Positions 1-8,169 of a stretch of DNA of 52,096 bases are shown here, piece after piece. Origin of the DNA: an uncultured bacterium (GTDB taxonomy: Bacteria > JAJVIF01 > JAPKYR01); contig CBDUXL010000001.1 in the NCBI GenBank assembly GCA_965371155.1, positions 1 to 52,096 of the forward strand, given 5' to 3'. Position 1 is the first letter of the stretch. The number at the start of each line of letters is the position of its first letter. Below the pieces are notes generated by a model. The model saw nothing but the letters and a program-made list of their open reading frames with translations, did not search any database and was not told the DNA's origin. Position numbers and translations under genes: made by a program.

Positions 1-111
1 CGCAGGGCGTGCGCCCGCACAAGAAAGACATTCGCATCCCGTAGGGGCGCAGGGCGTGCGCCCGCACAAGAAAGACATTCGCATCCCGTAGGGGCGCAGG
101 GCATGCGCCCG
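1..111. repeat. Tandem 47-bp GC-rich REP-like hairpin repeat (2 full units plus 1 partial), probably continuing upstream of the window
   Basis: Units at 1-47 and 48-94 are identical (cgcagggcgtgcgcccgcacaagaaagacattcgcatcccgtagggg). A partial third unit starts at 95. Each unit carries the stem GGGCGCA/TGCGCCC. Confidence 0.9.
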
Positions 112-141
112 TCGGTGTTCATAGGATCGCGATTTATCCAT

Positions 142-1131
142 TCATGCTAGCAACATCCGCAGAGACTTGAAAAGCCCTCCGAAATCATCCGCCGTCACGC
201 AGAAACCCTCCATAAGAAGTCCCTCCGCGGGATTGGGATGAACATCAATAAGCACTCCAGCCGCGCCGCAGGCAATCGATGCTCTCGCGATCCGCTGCAC
301 CTCCTCGGTGGACCCTGCCGCCCTCGACGCATAGACCATGACCGGCAGAGGGCAGGTCCCGCACAGCTCCGCAAGCACAACAAGGTCGATTCGGCGCTTT
401 CCCTCGACCATTTGCCCGGTTTCCACAAGAGCGACATCGGTATTCCCAGCCGCAACAATCGCTCCCGCCGCTTCCAGCCAGAGGGATGTGGATGCTTCGG
501 GGTGTCGCTCCAGAAAGACAGGCAATCCCATGCCGGCGAGTTGTTCTCGAAGGGCTGTCTCGAACATGAACGCGCCGGGGACATGAAGGATCGAGGCTTC
601 GAGCGCGGAGAGTGCGACTTTCGGTCCAAGCGCTTCGACCATCCCTGTTGACGGAATCCCCGCGTGCTTTGCTATTCCTTTGACGATGCTGCCCGTGCGT
701 TCATAGAGTGCCTTGGGGGCCAGTGTCCCGGTTGGGCGATACGGTCCGGCCTTGTAGATATTCACCCCGATGGCTGCAAGCTCTTTGGCGAGTTCAACCG
801 CCTGCTTGCGGCTTTCGAGGAACGGGCTTCCGGCAACTACAACCGGTCTTGCGCCGCGGCCGATCCTTCGACTGCCCACCATGAATTGAACCGGTTCCAA
901 CTCACGGAGAGGGTCATCTTCTTTCCCCCTCCTGATCAGGGAATCGACAATCGGCATATGCCTGAGCTGATGGTAAAGCTCATCGATCTTGGACCGGTCT
1001 GCGCTTTCGAGAACCAGGTAGCTGGTGCCGGTTTCCTGGATGAACTTGTAGCGCACACCAAGCTCTTCGAGACGCTCGGTGAGTCGCCCGATGTGGTCAA
1101 GGCTTACCTCGGGAGTGAATCTGACAAGCAT
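142..1131 (-). CDS. DAHP synthase-like protein (type I-beta fold with an N-terminal ferredoxin/ACT-like domain); active-site motifs look degenerate
   Basis: The 329-aa ORF is collinear with my recollection of Thermotoga-type DAHPS: an N-terminal regulatory domain, then VVAGSPFLES, YKAGPYRPTG and DVHPNPAEG. The expected GPCSVE, KPRT, LLKRG and DPSH positions are substituted. Confidence 0.6.
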   Translation of the reverse strand: MLVRFTPEVSLDHIGRLTERLEELGVRYKFIQETGTSYLVLESADRSKIDELYHQLRHMPIVDSLIRRGKEDDPLRELEPVQFMVGSRRIGRGARPVVVAGSPFLESRKQAVELAKELAAIGVNIYKAGPYRPTGTLAPKALYERTGSIVKGIAKHAGIPSTGMVEALGPKVALSALEASILHVPGAFMFETALREQLAGMGLPVFLERHPEASTSLWLEAAGAIVAAGNTDVALVETGQMVEGKRRIDLVVLAELCGTCPLPVMVYASRAAGSTEEVQRIARASIACGAAGVLIDVHPNPAEGLLMEGFCVTADDFGGLFKSLRMLLA

Positions 1132-1245
1132 GTTCTTGTGTTCCCCCGCCTAGTTCCTTTCGGGGACACCTCATTTCGTCCCGAAATAGAGATGTCCCCT
1201 GATTTGGAGGCAGGGATGAACATTATACGCAAATGGGAAAGAAAA

Positions 1246-1265
1246 GGGCGCATGCCCCGCGCCCC
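1246..1265. repeat. REP-like GC hairpin (family A), inverted orientation
   Basis: gggcgcatgccccgcgcccc is the reverse complement of the hairpin core of the 1-111 units, with one mismatch. It is intergenic. Confidence 0.7.
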
Positions 1266-1296
1266 GAGAATTGGGTGCTCCATTTTCGGGATTGGC

Positions 1297-1944
1297 CTAC
1301 AATACCGACCACTTCTGGAACGAAGGACTTACGGTCGGGTCAACCTTGGGGGGCAGCCTCGGGATTGTCACTTTTTTTTTACGGCGAGGCTCCCTGAGAA
1401 GCCTGGTGACCACATCAATCACTCTCCCGGCCTGGATTGGCTTTCCGATTACATCGCGGGCGCCGGCGATAACCGCCGAGACCAGCGTGTTTTCCTGGGT
1501 GCCTGCAGCGAGCGCGAGGATGGTCATATCGGGTTTGAGTTGACTCATGCGAGAGATCAGGACCAGTCCGTCGATATCATCAATATCCAAATCAACAAAC
1601 GCGAACTGCGGGCTGTGCTGCTCGACAAGCGAGAGACCATCAAGCCCGCTGTCCGTTATGCCCAGAATCCTCAATCCCATCTGGGGGCACAAGAGCATGA
1701 GAGATCTTCCGACCAGAGGCGTGCCGCAGACCGCGATCGCGCCGGGCCAGTGCGGTGATGATTGCCGCCCGACTTCCTCCACTGTCGGCGTGATTCCACC
1801 AAGCGCCTTGCCGTCGGAACCGAGGATGGGCTCGTATTCGTGAAGCCTGTCGTAGAGCGAACGGATTTCGCTCTCGCGCTTAGCGAGCAGCTCGAAGCAT
1901 GCAGCCAGGATTTCCAGGGTGTCACCGGGGGTTAGTTCTTTCAT
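1297..1944 (-). CDS. Response-regulator receiver (CheY-like) domain protein with an N-terminal helical extension and no recognisable output domain
   Basis: The C-terminal ~120 aa have the receiver pattern (FAFVDLDIDDIDG phospho-acceptor region; ILALAAG; GARDVIGKP). The N-terminal acidic pair appears to be replaced (AVCGTP). Confidence 0.6.
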   Translation of the reverse strand: MKELTPGDTLEILAACFELLAKRESEIRSLYDRLHEYEPILGSDGKALGGITPTVEEVGRQSSPHWPGAIAVCGTPLVGRSLMLLCPQMGLRILGITDSGLDGLSLVEQHSPQFAFVDLDIDDIDGLVLISRMSQLKPDMTILALAAGTQENTLVSAVIAGARDVIGKPIQAGRVIDVVTRLLREPRRKKKVTIPRLPPKVDPTVSPSFQKWSVL

Positions 1945-2024
1945 ATACGGCCACCGTACAGGACCATATCAGGGTGTATCTAACTTAATATCGTTTGATG
2001 GAGGGAAAAAAAGACCTTGGAGAT

Positions 2025-2137
2025 GTGCCATGCTCATCCTGAGCATGATTCACCGTGCCATGCTCATCTTGAGCATGATTCGCCGTGCCATGCTCATCCT
2101 GAGCATGATTCACCGTGCCATGCTCATCCTGAGCATG
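2025..2137. repeat. Tandem 30-bp repeat array (3.8 units), each unit holding an 8-bp inverted repeat
   Basis: Units start at 2025, 2055, 2085 and 2115 (gtgccatgctcatcctgagcatgattcacc). Each has arms CATGCTCA/TGAGCATG with a 3-nt loop. The array lies between the stop of the 2192 gene and the start of the 1944 gene. Confidence 0.9.
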
Positions 2138-2191
2138 TCACAGGCAGGATGCCTGGTGTCACGATCAATCATTGGCAGGATGCCAATGTCA

Positions 2192-3715
2192 CTATTGCAG
2201 CGGCACCTTCAGCAGGAATGCATCGGAGGAATAGTAATCGACATTGGTGCTCCCGATGTCCGGTCCGAAGTCGATGTTTCCGTTGCATCCTCCCGTGATA
2301 TAGATCGCTACGTCGGGGTGAAGGGCGATCCCGTTTCCGTAGATGCCCTCAACTGTGCCGCGACGCCCCCAGTGCCAACTGTGGAAGTGTTCTCCGGACT
2401 GCCTGAATCCCATGATAAGAATGCCGTGCCAGAACCCCTCGGGAAAATACTCCTCCGGATAGACCTCCGAGGCCTGTCCCATGATTGTCGCGATAGTTCC
2501 TGTCAACCAGATGTTTTCGTACTGATCGAGAGTAATTCCAAAGACCAGGTCCGCGAGTCCATCCACGCCCCAGGTTCGGACCCAATCGAGCTCTCCTGAC
2601 GGATTGAATCTACACAGGAAGGCGTCTCCACCGTAACCGAGGCTGTGCCGCATCTCGGTTCCCGGGCCGGGATCAAAATCGCAGGATCCCGAGAATCCGC
2701 CGCCGACATAAACATTGTCCGAATCGTCGACTACCACCGCTCGTCCACTGTTGTTGCCTTCCGCCCCACCCCAGGTGTGGGTCCATAGGTATTCGCCGTC
2801 CGGACCGTACCTGGTTAAAAACACGTCAATGATGCCGTTAGGGCTCCGCTCATCGATATCCGGACCCGGGTCGAAGTCGCCGGTATTCCGGAAGCTACCG
2901 GTAACATAGATGTTCCCTGAGTGATCGATGGCGATATCTTCCGGGTGTTCGGCAGAGGATGTCACTACCCATTGAAACTCGCCATCAGGATTGAACCGAC
3001 TGACAAAGGAGTCATAATCATAGGTTTCATGCTCAACAGTTTCCGCACCGGGGTCAAAGTCAACCAGGTGCTCGTAGGTGCCGGAAACATGCACGTTTCC
3101 CGACGAATCGAACGCAAGCGCCCGTCCCGTGCAACGGCCACGTTCGCCTCCCCAACAATGACCCCAGAGGAACATGCCGTTTGTATTGAACTTGCTGAGA
3201 AAGGCATCCTCACTATAGTAGGCGTTGTACTCTTGAACGGGAAGCCCCGGATTGAGATCATATTTCCCCCCCCAGATGCTTCCGGTCACGTAGATGTCTC
3301 CCCATGGATCGACCTCGACAGCATATATGTGATCCGTGTGCGTTTCTGTTTCGTCCTCGCTTCCCCAGGTGAGAACCCACTCGAGTTCTCCTGAGGCGTT
3401 GAACTTGCTGAGGTACACGTCCACATGGCCGTTTGCGGTGATGCTGACATCCGCCGGACCGGGATCCAGATCCACAGTTTCCCGGAAATCGCCTACCACA
3501 TAGATATTGCCCTCCCCGTCCAGCGCATGTGATGCTGCGGCACCATATTGTTCCCCGCCCCAAGTTCTAATCCAACCGGTCCCCTCAGACCGGATACCGG
3601 GATCACCGGATGATTCTGAACTTGCCATGCCGATCGATGTGGGTCCTACGGATGCCAGCAAGCCAAGAACCGGAATGACTACAAAAGAAGCAAGTTTGAC
3701 TGATCGGAACGACAT
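2192..3715 (-). CDS. Secreted SBBP (beta-propeller) repeat protein
   Basis: ATG at 3715 follows a GGGAGGA RBS. There is an N-terminal signal-like segment (MSFRSVKLASFVVIPVLGLLAS). About 8 repeats show the pattern W..TWGG...A.....D..GN.YV.G.F....DFDPGPG......G..D.FL.KF...G...W. Confidence 0.8.
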   Translation of the reverse strand: MSFRSVKLASFVVIPVLGLLASVGPTSIGMASSESSGDPGIRSEGTGWIRTWGGEQYGAAASHALDGEGNIYVVGDFRETVDLDPGPADVSITANGHVDVYLSKFNASGELEWVLTWGSEDETETHTDHIYAVEVDPWGDIYVTGSIWGGKYDLNPGLPVQEYNAYYSEDAFLSKFNTNGMFLWGHCWGGERGRCTGRALAFDSSGNVHVSGTYEHLVDFDPGAETVEHETYDYDSFVSRFNPDGEFQWVVTSSAEHPEDIAIDHSGNIYVTGSFRNTGDFDPGPDIDERSPNGIIDVFLTRYGPDGEYLWTHTWGGAEGNNSGRAVVVDDSDNVYVGGGFSGSCDFDPGPGTEMRHSLGYGGDAFLCRFNPSGELDWVRTWGVDGLADLVFGITLDQYENIWLTGTIATIMGQASEVYPEEYFPEGFWHGILIMGFRQSGEHFHSWHWGRRGTVEGIYGNGIALHPDVAIYITGGCNGNIDFGPDIGSTNVDYYSSDAFLLKVPLQ

Positions 3716-3865
3716 GGCAATCCTCCCGCAGGTCATCTCCAGCAATTATACCAACGGTTACTCGGATGGGGAATCAGAAAGAAAGCGCCGACAAACAAGC
3801 CGGTGGCCCACAATTTGTTGTGGGTTCTTGTGTAAATATCATTTTAATGGGTTCTCGTATAAATA

Positions 3866-6322
3866 TCAAATCGGTATCTCGCACGGTCGGAAGACCGAAA
3901 CACCATTCGTGTGGACCACATGCACCTCGCCGTCGCCTTCGTCGACGTCCATTCGGAGCGGATCGCCAGTGATAGTCACATCATCACCGAACTCACCCAG
4001 GTAATTACCGTCCATATCGTAAACCTTCACCGCAGGCTGGCCTGTGGACAGCATCTCCAGGACGTAAATATTGTCATCGGCATCGCCGGAGATATCCCTC
4101 GGGTCATTCAGTTCGTCCTCACCATCGCCCTGGGATCCGCAAATGGTCAGGTCATGGGAGGCGGAGTGTGAGCCTCCGGTAGCATAATAGTCGTAACGCT
4201 CTATCGCGTACTCCGGCGCAGCTTCCAGCGCGTAACACCACATGGTGTAGTATGAGTCGGCGTTGTCGCGCGATGTATGAAGCGCGCGGAAAGCGCTCAA
4301 ATTGACCTTGCCCGGTCCTGTTCCGACAATGTAGAACCACGTGATATTGCCGCCATACGATGGCGGGGTCCGCCGAGTAGAGCAGATGGCACCTCCTGAA
4401 TCCGCCCACCAATATGCCCGGTCGCCCAGTCCGGGCGGATCGGTTTCGGTGGTATCCATCACCGGCCCGCCGTATGCCCCTCGTAGCTGAATGTAGTCAC
4501 CTGTCAGAAAATAGATATACTGTCCGTTGGTGCTTGAATCGGCCAAGCACGCATCGCCATTGTCCAGCACGTCCATATAATCCAGAGCGCTATTGCCGGT
4601 CTTATAAATTCCACTGGAGTAATCGGGCTCATAGATCCACAACTGGCCGTCATCGAAAAGAACGTACGGCTCGCCGGTTGTCTCCCTTACGCCGAGATCG
4701 CGAATGGCGACACCAGGTCTGAGATCCATATTCTTTAGAGGATCAGGCTCAATCGTGTAGCCAGTCGATGCATAGGAAATCGGCTCGCAGCCGTTGGTTA
4801 CTCTGAGATCGTAGTCTCCAGGATTGACACCGCAGAAATCGAACGCGCAGTTGATAGTGTTGATATCGGCCAGCACCACCGATGTTGCTCTGACGACGAC
4901 ATCCGAGACATCGAAGATGTCAACGGCAAGGTTCAGGCCGTCCTGGAAATTCTCCCCTTCAACAGTGAAATCGGGATAGAACTCACCGCTTTGGCCCGGC
5001 GATGGGTCCGCGCCGGTGACCGAGAAGTTCCCGCATGGGTTGTCGCCGACCGGAAGTGTGAAGGTGAAATAACTTGCCAGAGTCGCGTCCGGCACGGGAA
5101 CTCCGAAACCCTGGTTGTAGGTTTCCGATCCTTTCGCCTCGAGTGTGACGAGGAACTCGACATCTTCCGGTCCGGTGGGCTCTACGCCGATGAACTCCAA
5201 CTCGGCAACACTGCTGACTGCGGTTCCCTGCTGGATATAAGGAGCGAATTCATCCGGGGTGAAAATCACGCAATCGCCGAGGACATCGGCATTCGGTGAC
5301 TCGATGATTACCTTTGAGAACTCTCCGAGAATGCCGCTTGGGTTGTAAGGCGCGTTCCAGTCGAAAAGCTCCACTCTGATTCTGACAACGCCGCCGCCTA
5401 CACCACCCGAATAGTAAAGCTGGCTTCCGTTGTCAGCGATCGAAAGATGGAACGGTTCAAACGCGTTTGCACTGATCGGGAAATCGCCTGGAATATCAAG
5501 TGGAGGAGTCGGGTCCGGGGATTCCCAGCTCGCGACAACCGCATACTGGAACATCAGTAGCGGAGAGCCGCCGACCATGGGGAATTGAAGCTCGTACAGC
5601 CGCGAGTTGGATGCGGTCGAGCTGAACAAGCCCCGCCTATCGACGACGCCCGGCATATGGAGGAAGCCGGTAAGGTCATCTTCGCTATTCAAGCCATCGG
5701 CGTAGTACTTGTATCCGTTGATCGTGGCAGTGAAGCCCAATCCCTTATTTCCGAGCGCGCCTTCAGTGAAACCGAGAATGCCGGTCGCTGTGAATTCTTT
5801 CGGGTTGTACCATCGCGTGAGACCATCCGAGTTGAGAAGCCTCGCGACCTCCGAGCGTCGTCCGTAGAAGATATCGCTGTCGTATTCGCTGAGTTCGTCG
5901 CCATCGTGCACGAACACGCCAAGAACATCGAAGCCGGTGAAAGTGTCAAGACCGGGGAACGGGTGGGTCAGGATAACTTCGACATCTATCCGGCCGGTAT
6001 CGTTGAACTCGGTCAGATCGATGATTTTGATCGTCATATTGGATGTTGAGCCGCCGGGTGGTTGAAGGAACCAGACCACATCGCACGTGAACTCGACGCC
6101 TCTGAGGGGAACCGTTTCAACTGCCCCGACTTCAGGATCAATTGCGACATCCCACAATCCCCAAAGGTGCTTGTTCGCGCCGGTCTCCTGCGTAATCCGA
6201 GTGTCGAGAGCAGGGGGGGCAGACGGGTTGAGTGTGAGTGGATCGCCCGATTCGTGCGAGCATGAAATCGCACACAGCGCGATAACAGCTACCATGATCG
6301 GAAGCGTAAAATGGACTCTCAT
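3866..6322 (-). CDS. Large lipoprotein with an uncharacterised conserved N-terminal module, a middle Ig-like region and a C-terminal NHL/propeller-like region
   Basis: ATG at 6322 follows a GGAGGG RBS. The signal peptide has a lipobox (VIALCAISC). The N-terminal ~330 aa are shared with the 37591 and 41032 proteins (HLWGLWDV.IDPE, THPFPGLDTFTGFDVLGVF, FQYAVVASW, DFPISANAFEP). Confidence 0.75.
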   Translation of the reverse strand: MRVHFTLPIMVAVIALCAISCSHESGDPLTLNPSAPPALDTRITQETGANKHLWGLWDVAIDPEVGAVETVPLRGVEFTCDVVWFLQPPGGSTSNMTIKIIDLTEFNDTGRIDVEVILTHPFPGLDTFTGFDVLGVFVHDGDELSEYDSDIFYGRRSEVARLLNSDGLTRWYNPKEFTATGILGFTEGALGNKGLGFTATINGYKYYADGLNSEDDLTGFLHMPGVVDRRGLFSSTASNSRLYELQFPMVGGSPLLMFQYAVVASWESPDPTPPLDIPGDFPISANAFEPFHLSIADNGSQLYYSGGVGGGVVRIRVELFDWNAPYNPSGILGEFSKVIIESPNADVLGDCVIFTPDEFAPYIQQGTAVSSVAELEFIGVEPTGPEDVEFLVTLEAKGSETYNQGFGVPVPDATLASYFTFTLPVGDNPCGNFSVTGADPSPGQSGEFYPDFTVEGENFQDGLNLAVDIFDVSDVVVRATSVVLADINTINCAFDFCGVNPGDYDLRVTNGCEPISYASTGYTIEPDPLKNMDLRPGVAIRDLGVRETTGEPYVLFDDGQLWIYEPDYSSGIYKTGNSALDYMDVLDNGDACLADSSTNGQYIYFLTGDYIQLRGAYGGPVMDTTETDPPGLGDRAYWWADSGGAICSTRRTPPSYGGNITWFYIVGTGPGKVNLSAFRALHTSRDNADSYYTMWCYALEAAPEYAIERYDYYATGGSHSASHDLTICGSQGDGEDELNDPRDISGDADDNIYVLEMLSTGQPAVKVYDMDGNYLGEFGDDVTITGDPLRMDVDEGDGEVHVVHTNGVSVFRPCEIPI

Positions 6323-6427
6323 TGCGAAACCCTCCGTAATCAGGATGGTGAATTCGTATTCATGATAACCGATAGGGCTATAGGATGCAATAGTGTTGCA
6401 GAGCCGCTCGGCATCCGGGTGCAAGCA

Positions 6428-6449
6428 GGGGCGCACAGCCGTGCGCCCC
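6428..6449. repeat. REP-like GC hairpin (family A); possible operon-end terminator stem
   Basis: ggggcgcac-agcc-gtgcgcccc is a perfect 9-bp stem. The flanking ctacggg matches the family A unit in reverse orientation. It sits between the 6515 stop and the 6322 start. Confidence 0.75.
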
Positions 6450-6514
6450 TACGGGTTGAATTCATATTTTCTAACAACGAAGAGAATGCCTTGCCCTCAA
6501 CTGATCGCTAGCCC

Positions 6515-8092
6515 TCACCCGGCAGCCAAATCCGATTCCGTGAAGCTCGGATGACGCCACTCGAGTTCCATCAGCCTGTCCTGCTTGATTGCACCCTCCT
6601 CGAGCATCGCCCTCAAGTCCCGGCAGGCGCGAATATGATCCGCAAGGCGGATTTTCGCATACCCGGTTTGCGTGCCCGTATGAAGAATGAACGGCCAGTC
6701 CGAGCTTTCCAACAGAAGAAGTTCGCGCTCGAACTGCAAAAGCGCTCTCTTTACCAACGGGTCGTGAGAGTCATGGTGACGCTGCTTGAGTCGCCTGAGA
6801 TGGTGATTAAGGCCGAAAATATGAGGATAAGTCCACTCCGCCTTGTCGCTGCCCCAGACCTCGCCGTAACCGCCATCACCCCAGGATGAGTGCGCGGGAA
6901 CCCCCGGACGGGTCTCGCCGTCAAAGTCGAGGTAATCCGACGCCGAAACAGCCTGGATATCATCCACCTGCGCAATATGCCTGAACACCCCGCCAATCCA
7001 ATCGATTCCCTCGAACCACCAGTGCCCGAACAGCTCGGCGTCGTACGGGCAAACGATCAGCGGAGTCTTCATGCCGCTCTCGGCGATCCACCACAGACGT
7101 CCTTTGCAGCGGCCCACGAAATCATCGGCATGCGCGCGTGCCTTTCCGAGCGCCTCCTCGCGATCGTACGGCTCCTTGTGGTCGGTCTCGCCGGTGATCC
7201 GGTAGTACTTGATGCCGGTAAAGGTATGATCGACGGCGGGGGGAAGGAACGGAGCGACGACTTCGGGCGGAAGGTCGAATCCCACATCGCGGTAGAAATC
7301 CCTGTAATAGTAATCACCCGGATAACCCTCACGCGAACTCCAGACGGCTTTGGATGTCTCTCGGTCGCGCCCGAAAGCCACCGGACCGGACGGCGTTTTC
7401 ACAGGGATAAGCGGTCCGCCGTCTTCGACTGGCCGTGCGGGAGCGGCAAGCTCCAATCCGTGCGACTCGACGTAGAAATAATCGATCCCCTCATTCTTGA
7501 GGATGATCTCGATGGAGGGTATATAGCCGCATTCCGGAAGCCAGATTCCCCTCGGTCGCTTTCCAAGCAGGCGTTCGTAGACCCTGCAGCCTACGCCGAT
7601 CTGCCGGCTAATGCCGTCGGGCGACATCATGATGTGCGGAAGGAACGCGTGGCTCGCGGCGCAGGTGATTATCTCAAGTGTCCCTTCATCCTGCAGGGTT
7701 TTCAAAGCCCTCAACAAGCCGCCGCGACCGTCGAGAAGCTCCCGGATAGCACTGAACCGCTCGCGATACATATGTACGAGCGGTTGGAATGGGTCATGGG
7801 GCGCGGAGTGGCGCTGGGCTTCATCCTCGAGCAGTTTGAGGCGGGTATCAACAAAACGAATGGTGCGTTCGTGCAGAAGCTCATCGTCCAGCATCAATAG
7901 AAGCGTGGGTGAAAGCGTGAGCGTGAGCCTTGCGGGGACTCCGTCGCGACGAAGCTCATTAAGCATCAGCACCAGAGGCGCGTATGTCTCGGCAATTGCC
8001 TCGAAAAGCCATTGCTCCTCGAGGAAGTTCTCCCACTCGGGGTGCCGAACGTACGGCAAATGTGCATGGAGTGTCAGTATGACGTATTTCAT
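6515..8092 (-). CDS. GH57-family 1,4-alpha-glucan branching enzyme
   Basis: Motifs seen: LHAHLPYVRHPEWENFLEEQWLFEAIAETY, WLPECGY (nucleophile region) and PYDAELFGHWWFEG. The ~525-aa length is typical of Thermus/Thermococcus-type GH57 branching enzymes. I prefer the ATG at 8092 over the TTG at 8122. Confidence 0.85.
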   Translation of the reverse strand: MKYVILTLHAHLPYVRHPEWENFLEEQWLFEAIAETYAPLVLMLNELRRDGVPARLTLTLSPTLLLMLDDELLHERTIRFVDTRLKLLEDEAQRHSAPHDPFQPLVHMYRERFSAIRELLDGRGGLLRALKTLQDEGTLEIITCAASHAFLPHIMMSPDGISRQIGVGCRVYERLLGKRPRGIWLPECGYIPSIEIILKNEGIDYFYVESHGLELAAPARPVEDGGPLIPVKTPSGPVAFGRDRETSKAVWSSREGYPGDYYYRDFYRDVGFDLPPEVVAPFLPPAVDHTFTGIKYYRITGETDHKEPYDREEALGKARAHADDFVGRCKGRLWWIAESGMKTPLIVCPYDAELFGHWWFEGIDWIGGVFRHIAQVDDIQAVSASDYLDFDGETRPGVPAHSSWGDGGYGEVWGSDKAEWTYPHIFGLNHHLRRLKQRHHDSHDPLVKRALLQFERELLLLESSDWPFILHTGTQTGYAKIRLADHIRACRDLRAMLEEGAIKQDRLMELEWRHPSFTESDLAAG

Positions 8093-8169
8093 TTGGATCG
8101 CCTGTCTGGTTTGATCGGACAATTCGGTCAGCAGCCCGTCAAGTCAGTGCGACGCATACGCTTCGTCTA

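Noticed and set aside
1-111. Possible CRISPR array at the window start
   Set aside because: The 47-bp units are directly tandem with no unique spacers between them, and related single hairpins are dispersed elsewhere. This is REP-like rather than CRISPR.
664-1758. 364-aa plus-strand ORF
   Set aside because: It is antisense to the DAHPS-like and receiver genes. It looks like a typical high-GC shadow ORF with low-complexity, Arg/Gly/Pro-rich content and no recognisable motif.
2017-2298. Plus-strand ORFs across the 30-bp array that encode repetitive peptides (CHAHPEHDSP x4, and MLILSMIHRA x4 from 1919-2599)
   Set aside because: The periodic peptides simply translate the hairpin repeat. The ORFs run antisense into the SBBP gene, and I saw no RBS. 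The His/Cys-rich repeat peptide is curious, but nothing supports it.
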